Translations under genes and position numbers: made by a program
Notes under the pieces: generated by a model
Databases searched by the model: none
What the model saw: only the letters and a program-made list of their open reading frames with translations
Told to the model about the DNA's origin: nothing
Source of the DNA: Candidatus Nomurabacteria bacterium
GTDB taxonomy: Bacteria > Patescibacteriota > Minisyncoccia > Phycocordibacterales > UBA5272
Length of the DNA stretch: 64,000 nt
Assembly (NCBI GenBank): GCA_040376695.1
Contig: JBEIQD010000001.1
Location: 80,726-144,725 of the forward strand
Reading direction: 5' to 3'
In this document: positions 1-8,830 of the stretch, one piece after another
Position numbering within the stretch: position 1 is the stretch's first letter
How the letters are laid out: every line of letters begins with the position of its first letter

Positions 1-2376
1 AGTTGAATTGTCTGTATCAGGCAATTCACTGCTTTGCAGGAATCGAAGCGGGCTCTTATGGTGGGTAATGTAAAGCGTGTGTCGTGCACGAGTAAGAGCA
101 ACATAGAAGAGTCGTATAAAGTCATCTTCAGTATCCCCTGCACTTCCCAGTGGAATATTAATTGGGAATGTTAGTTTGTTCCCTCGCTTACTGCCCGCCC
201 ATATATCATCATTTACTGCCACGACAAACACATACGCGAATTCAAGTCCTTTAGCGCCATGGGAGGTAAGTAATGATATAGAGTTTTCATTGTGCGCAAA
301 CGGGGTTTTATTAACGAGCGCGATATTGTAGTCCTTGTAGAGTTGAACAAATTTCATTACGTCTCCTGCTTTCAATATTTCATATTCTCTATATTCACGA
401 AGAGCTCGTATGAATTCACCGAGAGAAGAAAGAAAATGTATGTAGGCACTTTTTTTCTCAGCAAGTATTTCTTTACTAAAATAATACTCTTTATATGGAG
501 ATGTGTAGGTTGTTTGTAGCTTTAAGCTATATGGAGCAATTATATTGTCATCTTCCTCAGATTCTTGAATAAGAAGACTCTCCTTGCTCCCTATTAATGT
601 ATCGAGAATGATCTCTAGAGGTGTCGTTTGAGACGCAACACCAACTTCTATCAAAAACTCCGCGATGGTCTGTATTTGTGTGTCATCTGATTTGTGCATC
701 GCTTCTAACCATGAAGAGTGATTATTTTTAGCATCTTCGGCAATGCGCCAAATCGCCACTCTATCAATTCCCCAAAATGGAAAAGCAAGAATCTCTGGAA
801 GGAGATAATCTTTTTCAAACGCGCGTCCTCCTATAGAAGACAAAAGATCACATAAGGTAATGAGTTCTTTAACATGGGGTTCATCAAACACATTTTCTTC
901 TCGCTCGTATGAGTATGGTGCATGAAGTCTGTCTAAATATGGAAGAAGGTTTTTTAGTTGTTTATGCTCACGGGCAATGAGAGCTATTTCTTTCGGGGCC
1001 ACTCCCTCACGTATAAGGCGTGCCACTTCACTAGCTATATATACATATTCTTCTTCTGCGGTTGGAAAGGAGTGTGTATGAATGGTTCCTTTTTCAAGCT
1101 TTATATTTTTTGCTAGCAAGTCTTTACGTATTTCTGGGGACTCAAGACGATTGACTCCTTGCACAACAATTGCTCGTGCAAAATCTAATACCTTTTGTGT
1201 GGAGCGATAATTGTCTGTCAGCACAATAACCTCTACGTCTTTATAAAGCGTGCGGAAGGACAGTATGTTTGATATTTCAGCACCTTGGAATTTATAGATA
1301 GCTTGATCATCATCTCCCACTACACAAACGTTTGGATGTCCTTCATGAACGGGGTTGCTTGAAATAGCTTTTACGAGTGAGAGTTGTGCATTATTAGTAT
1401 CTTGAAACTCGTCCACCATAATATAGTGATACATCTCCTCTAATTCCGTACGAAGAGTGACGTTTTTTTCAAGCGCCTGCACTACTTGTAATATCATGTC
1501 TTCGTAATCAAAGTACCCTTCTTTGTGAAGGGCCGCTTGATACATTTCATATACATCACCTAATGCAAAAAGTTTTGGAAGCGATAGAAAATCTTTAAAT
1601 ACTCGAACTCCATTTTCATCTTTTCCTGTGAATTCTGTTTTCCATACAGATAGCGGTGTCGTCTTTTCTGTTTGATCAACTTCATTAAGTGAGCGTTTGA
1701 TGCTTTGCGCATACATATAACCTAAGTTACTCCCTGTCGCGTTCATTTCAGTGGACATGGCTTCAAAAGAAGCGCCTGAATCCTTACCTATGCGCTCTGG
1801 AAGATGTTTGAGAAGAATAGTATTTAAAGCTACATAGGCTTCTGTGTTTTCGACAAGGAGTTCCTTCCATCGCGTTGGTGTGAGTCCTCCCTTCTTAATA
1901 TCTTTGATACGCCCTTGAGATTCTTTTAGGTATGCGTACCCTCGTTCTGGATGGAAACTCCCAAGAACATGTTTATGAGGAAGCCGTTCAAAAATACTTT
2001 CCAAAATCTCGCTCTGTACAAGGTCACTTGCTGGACGAAAGTGTGTTGCATTAAAAAAGTATTCTGGATAACGTCCAATAATATCAGTACAAAAACTGTG
2101 AAATGTATAAATCGCAACACGGTAGGCATCGCTTCCAATGAGTGATTCCAATCGCTCACGCATGTTTCGTGCAGCAGTTTCTGTAAACGTAAGAAGAAGA
2201 ATGTTCGACGCTCGCGCAGTTCCCTGCTTTAAAATATTTCCTACACGAAGCGCAAGGAGCTCAGTTTTCCCAGACCCAGGTCCTGCAACAACCATCACTG
2301 GACCATCAGTTGTGTCTACTGCTTTTTTTTGAGAAGCATTTAATGTCTTATATCGTGCATTAAAGGTAGGTTCCAT
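1..2376 (-). CDS. pcrA: UvrD/PcrA-family ATP-dependent DNA helicase. Start codon at 2374-2376; C-terminus runs off the window edge (partial).
   Basis: Minus-strand translation from ATG at 2376 gives MEPTFNARYKTLNASQKKAVDTTDGPVMVVAGPGSGKTELLALRVGNILKQ... (Walker A GPGSGKT), then ...MVDEFQDTN... (helicase motif II). The ORF is continuous to position 1. It is absent from the ORF track because there is no in-window stop. Confidence 0.85.
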   Translation of the reverse strand, partial: MEPTFNARYKTLNASQKKAVDTTDGPVMVVAGPGSGKTELLALRVGNILKQGTARASNILLLTFTETAARNMRERLESLIGSDAYRVAIYTFHSFCTDIIGRYPEYFFNATHFRPASDLVQSEILESIFERLPHKHVLGSFHPERGYAYLKESQGRIKDIKKGGLTPTRWKELLVENTEAYVALNTILLKHLPERIGKDSGASFEAMSTEMNATGSNLGYMYAQSIKRSLNEVDQTEKTTPLSVWKTEFTGKDENGVRVFKDFLSLPKLFALGDVYEMYQAALHKEGYFDYEDMILQVVQALEKNVTLRTELEEMYHYIMVDEFQDTNNAQLSLVKAISSNPVHEGHPNVCVVGDDDQAIYKFQGAEISNILSFRTLYKDVEVIVLTDNYRSTQKVLDFARAIVVQGVNRLESPEIRKDLLAKNIKLEKGTIHTHSFPTAEEEYVYIASEVARLIREGVAPKEIALIAREHKQLKNLLPYLDRLHAPYSYEREENVFDEPHVKELITLCDLLSSIGGRAFEKDYLLPEILAFPFWGIDRVAIWRIAEDAKNNHSSWLEAMHKSDDTQIQTIAEFLIEVGVASQTTPLEIILDTLIGSKESLLIQESEEDDNIIAPYSLKLQTTYTSPYKEYYFSKEILAEKKSAYIHFLSSLGEFIRALREYREYEILKAGDVMKFVQLYKDYNIALVNKTPFAHNENSISLLTSHGAKGLEFAYVFVVAVNDDIWAGSKRGNKLTFPINIPLGSAGDTEDDFIRLFYVALTRARHTLYITHHKSPLRFLQSSELPDTDNST

Positions 2377-2459
2377 CTACTGAGTATAGCGCACATTGAC
2401 AAGGACTTATTGTTAATGCAGTATGTTCAGTAAGTTCAACCAATATCTTTGGAGGAAAC

Positions 2460-3002
2460 ATGTTCTCTACAATCGATAACGGAATTATTAGGGTGTTTCA
2501 GTGGGTAATTCAACAAATAGAGCTCTACTCACCTTTCACAAGAAAAACATTGTTTACCCTAGTTTTTCTGACCATTCTCATGTTTAATGTTTTGCGAGTG
2601 TATGTGGCCACAAACCTTATGGGTTTGATTCCGCAAATGGGTGGTGTGGTTGTTTTTGGGTTTTTGATTATGTCACCACACATTATCAATCTCTACTTTC
2701 TTTCAAAAAAACCCCAAAGACAAGATGCTCTTCCCGTAGAAATAGAAACACGAAGATCTCTTCGTATGGGAGGTTTCATTTCTTTGGGTTTGGGGACAGT
2801 TCTTTATTCTTACTGGCTATACACAATAATCCGCGATCGGGAAGATTTTTTAATGGCTTTATTTGCAAGGACTCTTTATTGCGAGGTCTGGCTTGTTTTA
2901 TTGATCGAGTATCTCCTCTGCACCATGTCACTTCCGCCCGGTGAAAAGGAAAGGTTGAAGCAAGAACGTCTGAGCAAAAATGCAGCTGTGAATGCCGCAT
3001 AA
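2460..3002 (+). CDS. hypothetical multi-pass membrane protein
   Basis: 180-aa ORF with several hydrophobic stretches; no recognisable motif. Confidence 0.45.
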   Translation: MFSTIDNGIIRVFQWVIQQIELYSPFTRKTLFTLVFLTILMFNVLRVYVATNLMGLIPQMGGVVVFGFLIMSPHIINLYFLSKKPQRQDALPVEIETRRSLRMGGFISLGLGTVLYSYWLYTIIRDREDFLMALFARTLYCEVWLVLLIEYLLCTMSLPPGEKERLKQERLSKNAAVNAA

Positions 3003-3039
3003 ACAAATTACCGAAGTCTTGGACTTCGGTAATTTTAGT

Positions 3040-3786
3040 TTATCTATGGAGTGCCTTAGTAACTATATTTTTTGTTGCGTAGGCAATATCAACAGGAATA
3101 GCTAGGATATATTGCATGGATTTCAGTACTGGATTTGAAAGACGACGTAACTGTGAACTATGTTCGTAGATGATGGTGAAGACACAAATGAAGAGCACGA
3201 GTGCAAATTTTTGTATTTCTGAGATATGGATATGAGTAAGTGTCTCAATCACAAGTGCTAGCCCAATAAATCCAACGATGGCGTATGCTGCAGCCGGCAT
3301 CCCTTTATATTTCTCTATCAGTTTTGAAAGAATTGGTGTAATGAACAGCATACTAATGATTCCAATACTCACTCCAATCATCACGATGTAAATGTTTTCA
3401 GAGAAGCTTACTGCAGAAATAACATTATCAATTGAAAATACTAGGTCAGCTAATGCGATTTGAGCAATCACACCTCGATAGGTTGGTTTTGCAACTATAT
3501 CTTTACCTTCTTCGTTCACCGGCTTTCCGAGATGGGTAACTGCTAAGTACACAAGATATGCCCCACCTGCAATTTTAAGCCATAGGTTCTCTATAATAAT
3601 AGAAGCAAGCAAGAGTGCCACTATTCTAAATAACGCACCAAGGATGATACCAATTCGAATAGCTCTAACTCTTTGCTTTTCAGGCAATGATTCAGCGAGT
3701 GTTGCGTTTACAAGAGCGTTGTCCACTGAGAGGAGCACTTCAATAATAAATAGTGAAATGATAATGGATACGTATGTTTCGAGCAT
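3040..3786 (-). CDS. terC: TerC/Alx-family integral membrane protein
   Basis: LLSVDNALVNA... and ...LADLVFSIDNVISAVSF repeat signature typical of TerC family; multiple TM segments. Confidence 0.8.
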   Translation of the reverse strand: MLETYVSIIISLFIIEVLLSVDNALVNATLAESLPEKQRVRAIRIGIILGALFRIVALLLASIIIENLWLKIAGGAYLVYLAVTHLGKPVNEEGKDIVAKPTYRGVIAQIALADLVFSIDNVISAVSFSENIYIVMIGVSIGIISMLFITPILSKLIEKYKGMPAAAYAIVGFIGLALVIETLTHIHISEIQKFALVLFICVFTIIYEHSSQLRRLSNPVLKSMQYILAIPVDIAYATKNIVTKALHR

Positions 3787-3790
3787 GAGT

Positions 3791-4438
3791 TTATTGTTGA
3801 GCTAGTTTGTCTATTGTTTTTTGTAATTCTTCTAATTCCGCCTGTAATTCTTCAACGAGAATATGGTCATCGCCTAATCGTTCAATTCCTGTGCGTAGTA
3901 CTTCCATATGGAACCACATGCGTTCATCATTCCCGGCTCCAAAGTTTGCAAGCATTCCTAAGCCTTCAACATTCATGAGTTCTATATAGCTTCTTGTATT
4001 TTGAATTTTATCCGCAAGAGATACCAAAATACTTTCCTCACCTGCTGTCTTAAGATTTTCGAGGTATCGAAGCTTTTCTTCTTTCCAAGAAGGTGGAATT
4101 TCGTTTCGTAGTTTAAATTCTTCGGTTACGCCAAGAACGATATCAAGTACTCGTTTACCAAATGTTTTTTCAAGCATTTCCTCCGTGTAGTCTGGAACAT
4201 CTTCAAGTGCATCATGAAGCAAGCCCGCAATGAGGATATCTTCGTCATGAGTAGATGATGAGAGAAGAATCATTACCCCCACAAGGTGTGTTATGTAAGG
4301 AGTTTTAAGGGAGTCTTTTCTGAACTGATTTCGATGGAGACGTGAGGCTTCATTGATAGCGTGTTGGAGTCGGTGCGTAAGAATCATAATGGTAGCCATT
4401 ATAGCAGACAGAGCGTGATCATAAGAAAATCCCTCCAC
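3791..4438 (-). CDS. HD-domain metal-dependent phosphohydrolase (Rel/SpoT-type HD hydrolase-like)
   Basis: YITHLVGV...ILIAGLLHDALEDV: H..HD...LHDxxED motif of HD superfamily, resembling the (p)ppGpp-hydrolase HD domain. Confidence 0.65.
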   Translation of the reverse strand: MEGFSYDHALSAIMATIMILTHRLQHAINEASRLHRNQFRKDSLKTPYITHLVGVMILLSSSTHDEDILIAGLLHDALEDVPDYTEEMLEKTFGKRVLDIVLGVTEEFKLRNEIPPSWKEEKLRYLENLKTAGEESILVSLADKIQNTRSYIELMNVEGLGMLANFGAGNDERMWFHMEVLRTGIERLGDDHILVEELQAELEELQKTIDKLAQQ

Positions 4439-4618
4439 ATGTTTGATTTATGGAGGGGATTGTTCATTGATTAAAAAACTAAATAGTCTTCGGCACTACC
4501 TTCTTTGGTTTCTTTGCTTCTCGTTTACCGTGTTGTTCTTTTTTTGCCATATGTATACAGTATAACTAGTTTACGTTGCTTGTTGTGTGGATAAACATTG
4601 TTTTTTGTATAAATTTTT

Positions 4619-4648
4619 TTGACAGAAATAACAGATATGTGGTACTGT
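4619..4648 (+). promoter_or_regulatory. sigma70-like promoter, TTGACA-18-TGgTACTGT (extended -10), upstream of candidate sRNA
   Basis: ttgaca at 4619-4624 and tgg-tactgt at 4640-4648, seen directly in the sequence. Confidence 0.35.
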
Positions 4649-4654
4649 GAAATA

Positions 4655-4784
4655 GGTCACCGGCCCTCCCTCCCCCTCCTCGTGTAAAATTGGGCCAAAG
4701 CGAACAAGGATTCTCATCTTTGGTCGTCGACCGTTTACCTCAAACGTCTGTGCATGTGCATAAGCGTTTGAGGTCTTTTTTTTA
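4655..4784 (+). ncRNA. candidate small RNA (~125 nt), unknown family. Locally GC-rich, and ends in a strong intrinsic terminator.
   Basis: Promoter at 4619-4648. GC-rich body ggtcaccggccctccctccccctcct.... Hairpin cctcaaacg-tctgtgcatgtgcataag-cgtttgagg (4738-4773) followed by T8 on the + strand. No + strand ORF. The minus-strand reading of the hairpin is followed by taaacgg, so the polarity fits the + strand only. Confidence 0.25.
4738..4784 (+). terminator. Rho-independent terminator (9-bp stem, T8 tail)
   Basis: cctcaaacg...cgtttgagg tcttttttttac. Confidence 0.6.
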
Positions 4785-5126
4785 CTTCTGACACAACTTT
4801 GAAAGTGTTCGCCCTGCTTTTTCTGCTTCTTGTGAGCTTTTAAAATACACCTTATTTACCTCTTTTGTTTGCCCAGCATTTTGACACCAAGAGAACGTAT
4901 AGGTGGTACCACTCTTACTTCCGAAAGGTTGAGTGTCTTTGGGAGCGGTTTCCGCAGGACCCGAAAAAGCTCTATAGATAACTGGCTTCTGTAAGCTTTC
5001 GCTCTTAATTTGAAGGTAAAAGGTTAGGAATACTAGAAACAAAGCCGTACAAAGTATTGAAAGACAATCAAGGCATGAAAGCTTACTATTGATTTTTTTA
5101 ATGATTTCTTGTATACTGAGCCACAT
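4782..5126 (-). CDS. membrane-anchored protein with degenerate Ada-like metal-binding domain (hypothetical)
   Basis: N-terminal TM helix. C-terminus YTFSWCQNAGQTKEVNKVYFKSSQEAEKAGRTLSKLCQK resembles the Ada Zn-binding fold pattern (xC...N.V.F.S..EAEKAG...C) but retains only 2 Cys. Confidence 0.35.
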   Translation of the reverse strand: MWLSIQEIIKKINSKLSCLDCLSILCTALFLVFLTFYLQIKSESLQKPVIYRAFSGPAETAPKDTQPFGSKSGTTYTFSWCQNAGQTKEVNKVYFKSSQEAEKAGRTLSKLCQK

Positions 5127-5150
5127 ATATAATCATATTTAGTATAGTCT

Positions 5151-5423
5151 ATGGCAACAAGAAAGGCCGCAGGTTCGGCAAAAAACCTAACAGATAGTAA
5201 ACCAAAGTACCTAGGTACTAAGCTTTACGCTGGAGAAACAGCAACAGCAGGAGCAATTATCGTTCGTCAGCGTGGTACAAAAATCATGCCAGGAAAGAAC
5301 GTTGGTCTTGGACGTGACCACACTCTTTTCGCCCTTAAGGCAGGAAAGGTTAACTTTTCAGAACGACGCATGAAGCATCTTGATGGAACTATTAAGCGAA
5401 AGAAGGTAGCAAATATCGACTAA
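5151..5423 (+). CDS. rpmA: 50S ribosomal protein L27
   Basis: [29 protein letters not shown]...[27 protein letters not shown]: canonical L27 sequence. Confidence 0.9.
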   Translation: MATRKAAGSAKNLTDSKPKYLGTKLYAGETATAGAIIVRQRGTKIMPGKNVGLGRDHTLFALKAGKVNFSERRMKHLDGTIKRKKVANID

Positions 5424-5431
5424 TACTCAAA

Positions 5432-5466
5432 ACAAAAAACCGACTCTAATGAGTCGGTTTTTTGTT
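5432..5466. terminator. bidirectional intrinsic terminator between rpmA (+) and rplI (-)
   Basis: aaaaaaccgactc-taat-gagtcggttttttgttt: stem with A-tract 5' and T-tract 3'. Confidence 0.65.
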
Positions 5467-5906
5467 TATTTTACTTGGATTGTTATCTTTTCTTTTCGTT
5501 CCCCTTGTTTAAGATGTACATCGTACACTCCGAGAGATTTAATAGGAGATGAGAGCAGTATTTGCTTAGGGTCTACTGACATCTTTGTTGTGCTATAAAT
5601 AGCGTCAGCAATATCAGTTTCTTTTATTGATGCAAAGAGCTGTCCTTTTTGGTCGGCTTTCTTGTTAGAGAGTACAATTTCATTTTTCCGTAATGAATCT
5701 ATAAGTTGTGCAAAGGTATTGGTCGCAATTTCCTTTTTATGGAGCTTCGCGCCCTCTTTTGCTTTCCACTGTGAGAGTACGGCCGGGGTTGCGTGTACGG
5801 CGTCTCCTTTCTTAATAAGGACATTCATTGCGTATCCTTCAGCAACTTCCTTCACTTCGCCTCGTTTACCTAGGTTTGCCATATCTCGAAGAAGAATAAC
5901 TTTCAT
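5466..5906 (-). CDS. rplI: 50S ribosomal protein L9
   Basis: MKVILLRDMANLGKRGEVKEVAEGYAMNVLIKKG...: classic L9 N-terminus. Start chosen at MKVILL (5906), not the upstream in-frame M at 5930. Confidence 0.9.
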   Translation of the reverse strand: MKVILLRDMANLGKRGEVKEVAEGYAMNVLIKKGDAVHATPAVLSQWKAKEGAKLHKKEIATNTFAQLIDSLRKNEIVLSNKKADQKGQLFASIKETDIADAIYSTTKMSVDPKQILLSSPIKSLGVYDVHLKQGERKEKITIQVK

Positions 5907-5959
5907 GTGGTGCATTATACAAAAAAACACTCCCTAAGCCAAATGGGAGTGTTTTTATA

Positions 5960-7192
5960 TTACTTCAGCGCCTTTACTGTTTGTATTGCTTTGAGAAGTT
6001 GTGTGTCGACAGGTTTTCCGTCACTTCCAAGCTTTGGAGTAGAGGTTCCAACGAGAGACTCAACATCAGGCTTAATACCATTCTCAGAGATGTTTACACC
6101 GTTTGGTGTAAACCATTTTGCAATGGTTACTTTCAATGATGATCCATCCGCAAAGTTAACAAGTTCCTGCACTGATCCTTTACCGAATGTTTTTTCTCCA
6201 ACAATGGTCGCCACACCTTGGTCTTTAAGAGCCCCAGCTAGAATTTCTGAAGCAGAAGCTGAGCCTCCGTCTACAAGCACCACCACCTTTGTTCCAGTAG
6301 GAACGCCCGCTAATCCTTGGCTTCTATGATTAACCACAGTTTCATTTTTCCCCTGCTTTTCACTCACCACCACTTTCCCTTCTTGTAGGAAATAACTTGC
6401 CATTGCGACTGAGGCATCAAGATATCCCCCTGGGTTACCTCGAAGGTCAATAATCATGCGTTTGTATCCCGAAACAATGAATTCGTTGAGGGCTCCCCTA
6501 AAAAGTTCTGGTGATTCTGCTGAGAAATTATATAGGTGAATAATAAATACGCCATCTTTCTTTTCTGTATCAATCGTTGGAATTTTTATTTCCTGGCGAG
6601 TAATAGTGATGTTTACAGGAGCTGTTCCTTTTGGGTGGATAACAGTAATAACAACATCCGTACCAATTTTCCCTCGAATAAGATTAACGGCTGCGTCAGA
6701 ATTTACTCCAATCATACTTTTCCCATCAACTGCTGTAATAATATCTCCAGCAAGAATACCTGCTTTCATAGCTGGGCTATCCTTAAGTGGTGCGATTACA
6801 ACAATACTTCCCTCCTTCATGCCAACGTTCATTCCTACTCCACCAAATGATCCTTGCACGTTTTCAGCAAAACTCTTTGCTTCTTGTGGTGGGAAAAACA
6901 CGGTATAAGGGTCTTTGTAGCTATCCACGTAGCCTGCAATCATTCCGTATTCAAGTTCTTTATCAGTCGGAAGCGTAGAAGAAGCTTTCCAGAAAACAAA
7001 CTTATCATTAAGGGCACCTTGTACCTGGCTGAGAAGTGCACTGTCTAACTTTCCGTCCATTTTGTTAGTACGGTCACTCATTGCGGCGCCAACCAAAATA
7101 CCAGCTCCGAAAAGAACTGTTATAAGGAGAATAGTTGCTGCTGGTCGTGCTTTGTTTGTAGGGTGTTTAAAGAAAGAAAGAATAGTATTCAT
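5960..7192 (-). CDS. ctpA: S41-family carboxyl-terminal processing protease with PDZ domain
   Basis: N-terminal TM, PDZ region, DLRGNPGGYLDASVAMASYF and VLVDGGSASASEILAGALKD (S41 catalytic Ser/Lys region). Confidence 0.85.
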   Translation of the reverse strand: MNTILSFFKHPTNKARPAATILLITVLFGAGILVGAAMSDRTNKMDGKLDSALLSQVQGALNDKFVFWKASSTLPTDKELEYGMIAGYVDSYKDPYTVFFPPQEAKSFAENVQGSFGGVGMNVGMKEGSIVVIAPLKDSPAMKAGILAGDIITAVDGKSMIGVNSDAAVNLIRGKIGTDVVITVIHPKGTAPVNITITRQEIKIPTIDTEKKDGVFIIHLYNFSAESPELFRGALNEFIVSGYKRMIIDLRGNPGGYLDASVAMASYFLQEGKVVVSEKQGKNETVVNHRSQGLAGVPTGTKVVVLVDGGSASASEILAGALKDQGVATIVGEKTFGKGSVQELVNFADGSSLKVTIAKWFTPNGVNISENGIKPDVESLVGTSTPKLGSDGKPVDTQLLKAIQTVKALK

Positions 7193-7249
7193 GGGTCTCA
7201 GTATACAGGTTTTGTATGTTAGAATAAAAGGAATAACTTACGACGATAT

Positions 7250-8638
7250 ATGACTCCGAAGATAGAACTATATAACACTAAAAGTCGTGAACTTGAAACG
7301 TTTATACCTGTACTCCCCGGTGTTGTTTCCATCTATTCCTGTGGTCCAACGGTCTATCACTATCAACATATAGGAAATATGCGGGCTGCAGTGTTTGCGG
7401 ACACACTTCACCGTATGTTTGTGCAATCAGGGTATGAGGTTCGTCATATTATTAACATTACGGATGTTGGTCATAACGTTGATGATGGTGACACGGGCGA
7501 AGATAAGATGGAAAAAGGTTCAAAGCGTGAAGGGAAAAGTGTGTGGGATATTGCAAAAATGTACACGGATGCATATTTTAAAGATCTTTCAGCTTTAGGT
7601 ATTCACGTAGACGAGTATCTTTTTCCCCGTGCAACAGACCACATTCAAGAACAAATTGACCTTATCAAAAAGCTAGAAGCTAAGGGTTCAACATACACAA
7701 TCACTGATGGAGTTTATTTCGATACTTCAACCTTTGAACACTACGCAGATTTTGCTCACCTCGATATTGAAGGACTTAAATCAGGGGCTCGAGTAGAAGA
7801 AAATTTAGAAAAGCGAAATATAACAGATTTTGCGCTCTGGAAGTTCTCTCCTACTCATGAACAACGGCAAATGGAGTGGGATTCTCCGTGGGGTAAAGGG
7901 TTTCCGGGCTGGCACGTCGAGTGTTCTGCTATGGCTATGAAGTATCTTGGAGAACATTTTGATATCCATACAGGAGGAATTGAGCATATTCCAGTTCATC
8001 ATACAAATGAAATTGCACAGTCAGAGGCGGCAACGGGTACCCCTTATGTAAATTATTGGATGCATAACAACCACCTTTTAGACACTACAGGCAAGATGTC
8101 AAAATCAACGGGCGATTTTTTAACACTCAACACACTTATTGAAAAAGGATATGACCCTCTTGCATATAGATATTTCTTAATGTCAGCAAACTATCGAAAA
8201 GAACTTCTCTTTTCATTTGAAGCACTCGACGCAGCCGTTGTCGCGTATGAAAAATTACGTACATTTTGTCGACAAGAGAAGGATTCTATTGGTGTTCTTA
8301 ATACGGTATACGCACAGAGTTTTGATGATGCGTTGCGTGCAGATTTGAATACATCGAAAGCTTTATCGGTACTTTGGACGATGCTTAAAGATGACACTCT
8401 TTCAGGTGGAGATAAGTATGCAACACTTATGCATTACAATAAATTCTTTGGTTTTGGTTTGGAAAAAGTAGTAATGGATGTGCTTATAATTCCAGAAGCA
8501 GTGCAGGTTCTTTTGACTGCTCGTTCTCAAGCTCGAAATGAAAAGGATTTTGCTGAATCAGATAGACTGCGTGACGAGATACAAAAACATGGGTTTGTCG
8601 TAAAAGATACCCCAGAAGGTCAGGTGCTTTCTCAATAA
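7250..8638 (+). CDS. cysS: cysteine--tRNA ligase
   Basis: CGPTVYHYQHIGN (HIGH-type motif), KMSKSTGD (KMSKS motif), and Cys-binding Zn ligands near the N-terminus. Confidence 0.9.
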   Translation: MTPKIELYNTKSRELETFIPVLPGVVSIYSCGPTVYHYQHIGNMRAAVFADTLHRMFVQSGYEVRHIINITDVGHNVDDGDTGEDKMEKGSKREGKSVWDIAKMYTDAYFKDLSALGIHVDEYLFPRATDHIQEQIDLIKKLEAKGSTYTITDGVYFDTSTFEHYADFAHLDIEGLKSGARVEENLEKRNITDFALWKFSPTHEQRQMEWDSPWGKGFPGWHVECSAMAMKYLGEHFDIHTGGIEHIPVHHTNEIAQSEAATGTPYVNYWMHNNHLLDTTGKMSKSTGDFLTLNTLIEKGYDPLAYRYFLMSANYRKELLFSFEALDAAVVAYEKLRTFCRQEKDSIGVLNTVYAQSFDDALRADLNTSKALSVLWTMLKDDTLSGGDKYATLMHYNKFFGFGLEKVVMDVLIIPEAVQVLLTARSQARNEKDFAESDRLRDEIQKHGFVVKDTPEGQVLSQ

Positions 8639-8640
8639 GG

Positions 8641-8672
8641 CAAAAAAAGTCCAGACTGGGTAGTCTGGACGA
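8641..8672. terminator. hairpin gtccagac-tgggta-gtctggac preceded by A7. Its polarity suits minus-strand termination better than cysS termination.
   Basis: On the + strand the stem is followed by gagaaactc (no U-tract). On the minus strand it is followed by ttttttt. Confidence 0.3.
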
Positions 8673-8830
8673 GAAACTCTAGAAAGAAATTCACCTCATC
8701 AGGACGGTGAACCAACCTTGCTGAAGGGTTGCCTAAGCTCTAATATCCTATCAAAAGCTATCTTTTGCTGCAAATTGAGTTATCCCCCTTTTTTCCACTA
8801 AAAAACCAGAAATGACACACAATTTCGTTT

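Noticed and set aside
4481-4552. 23-aa highly basic minus-strand ORF (MAKKEQHGKREAKKPKKVVPKTI)
   Set aside because: Too short to evaluate. No RBS seen. Mentioned only in connection with the sRNA candidate.
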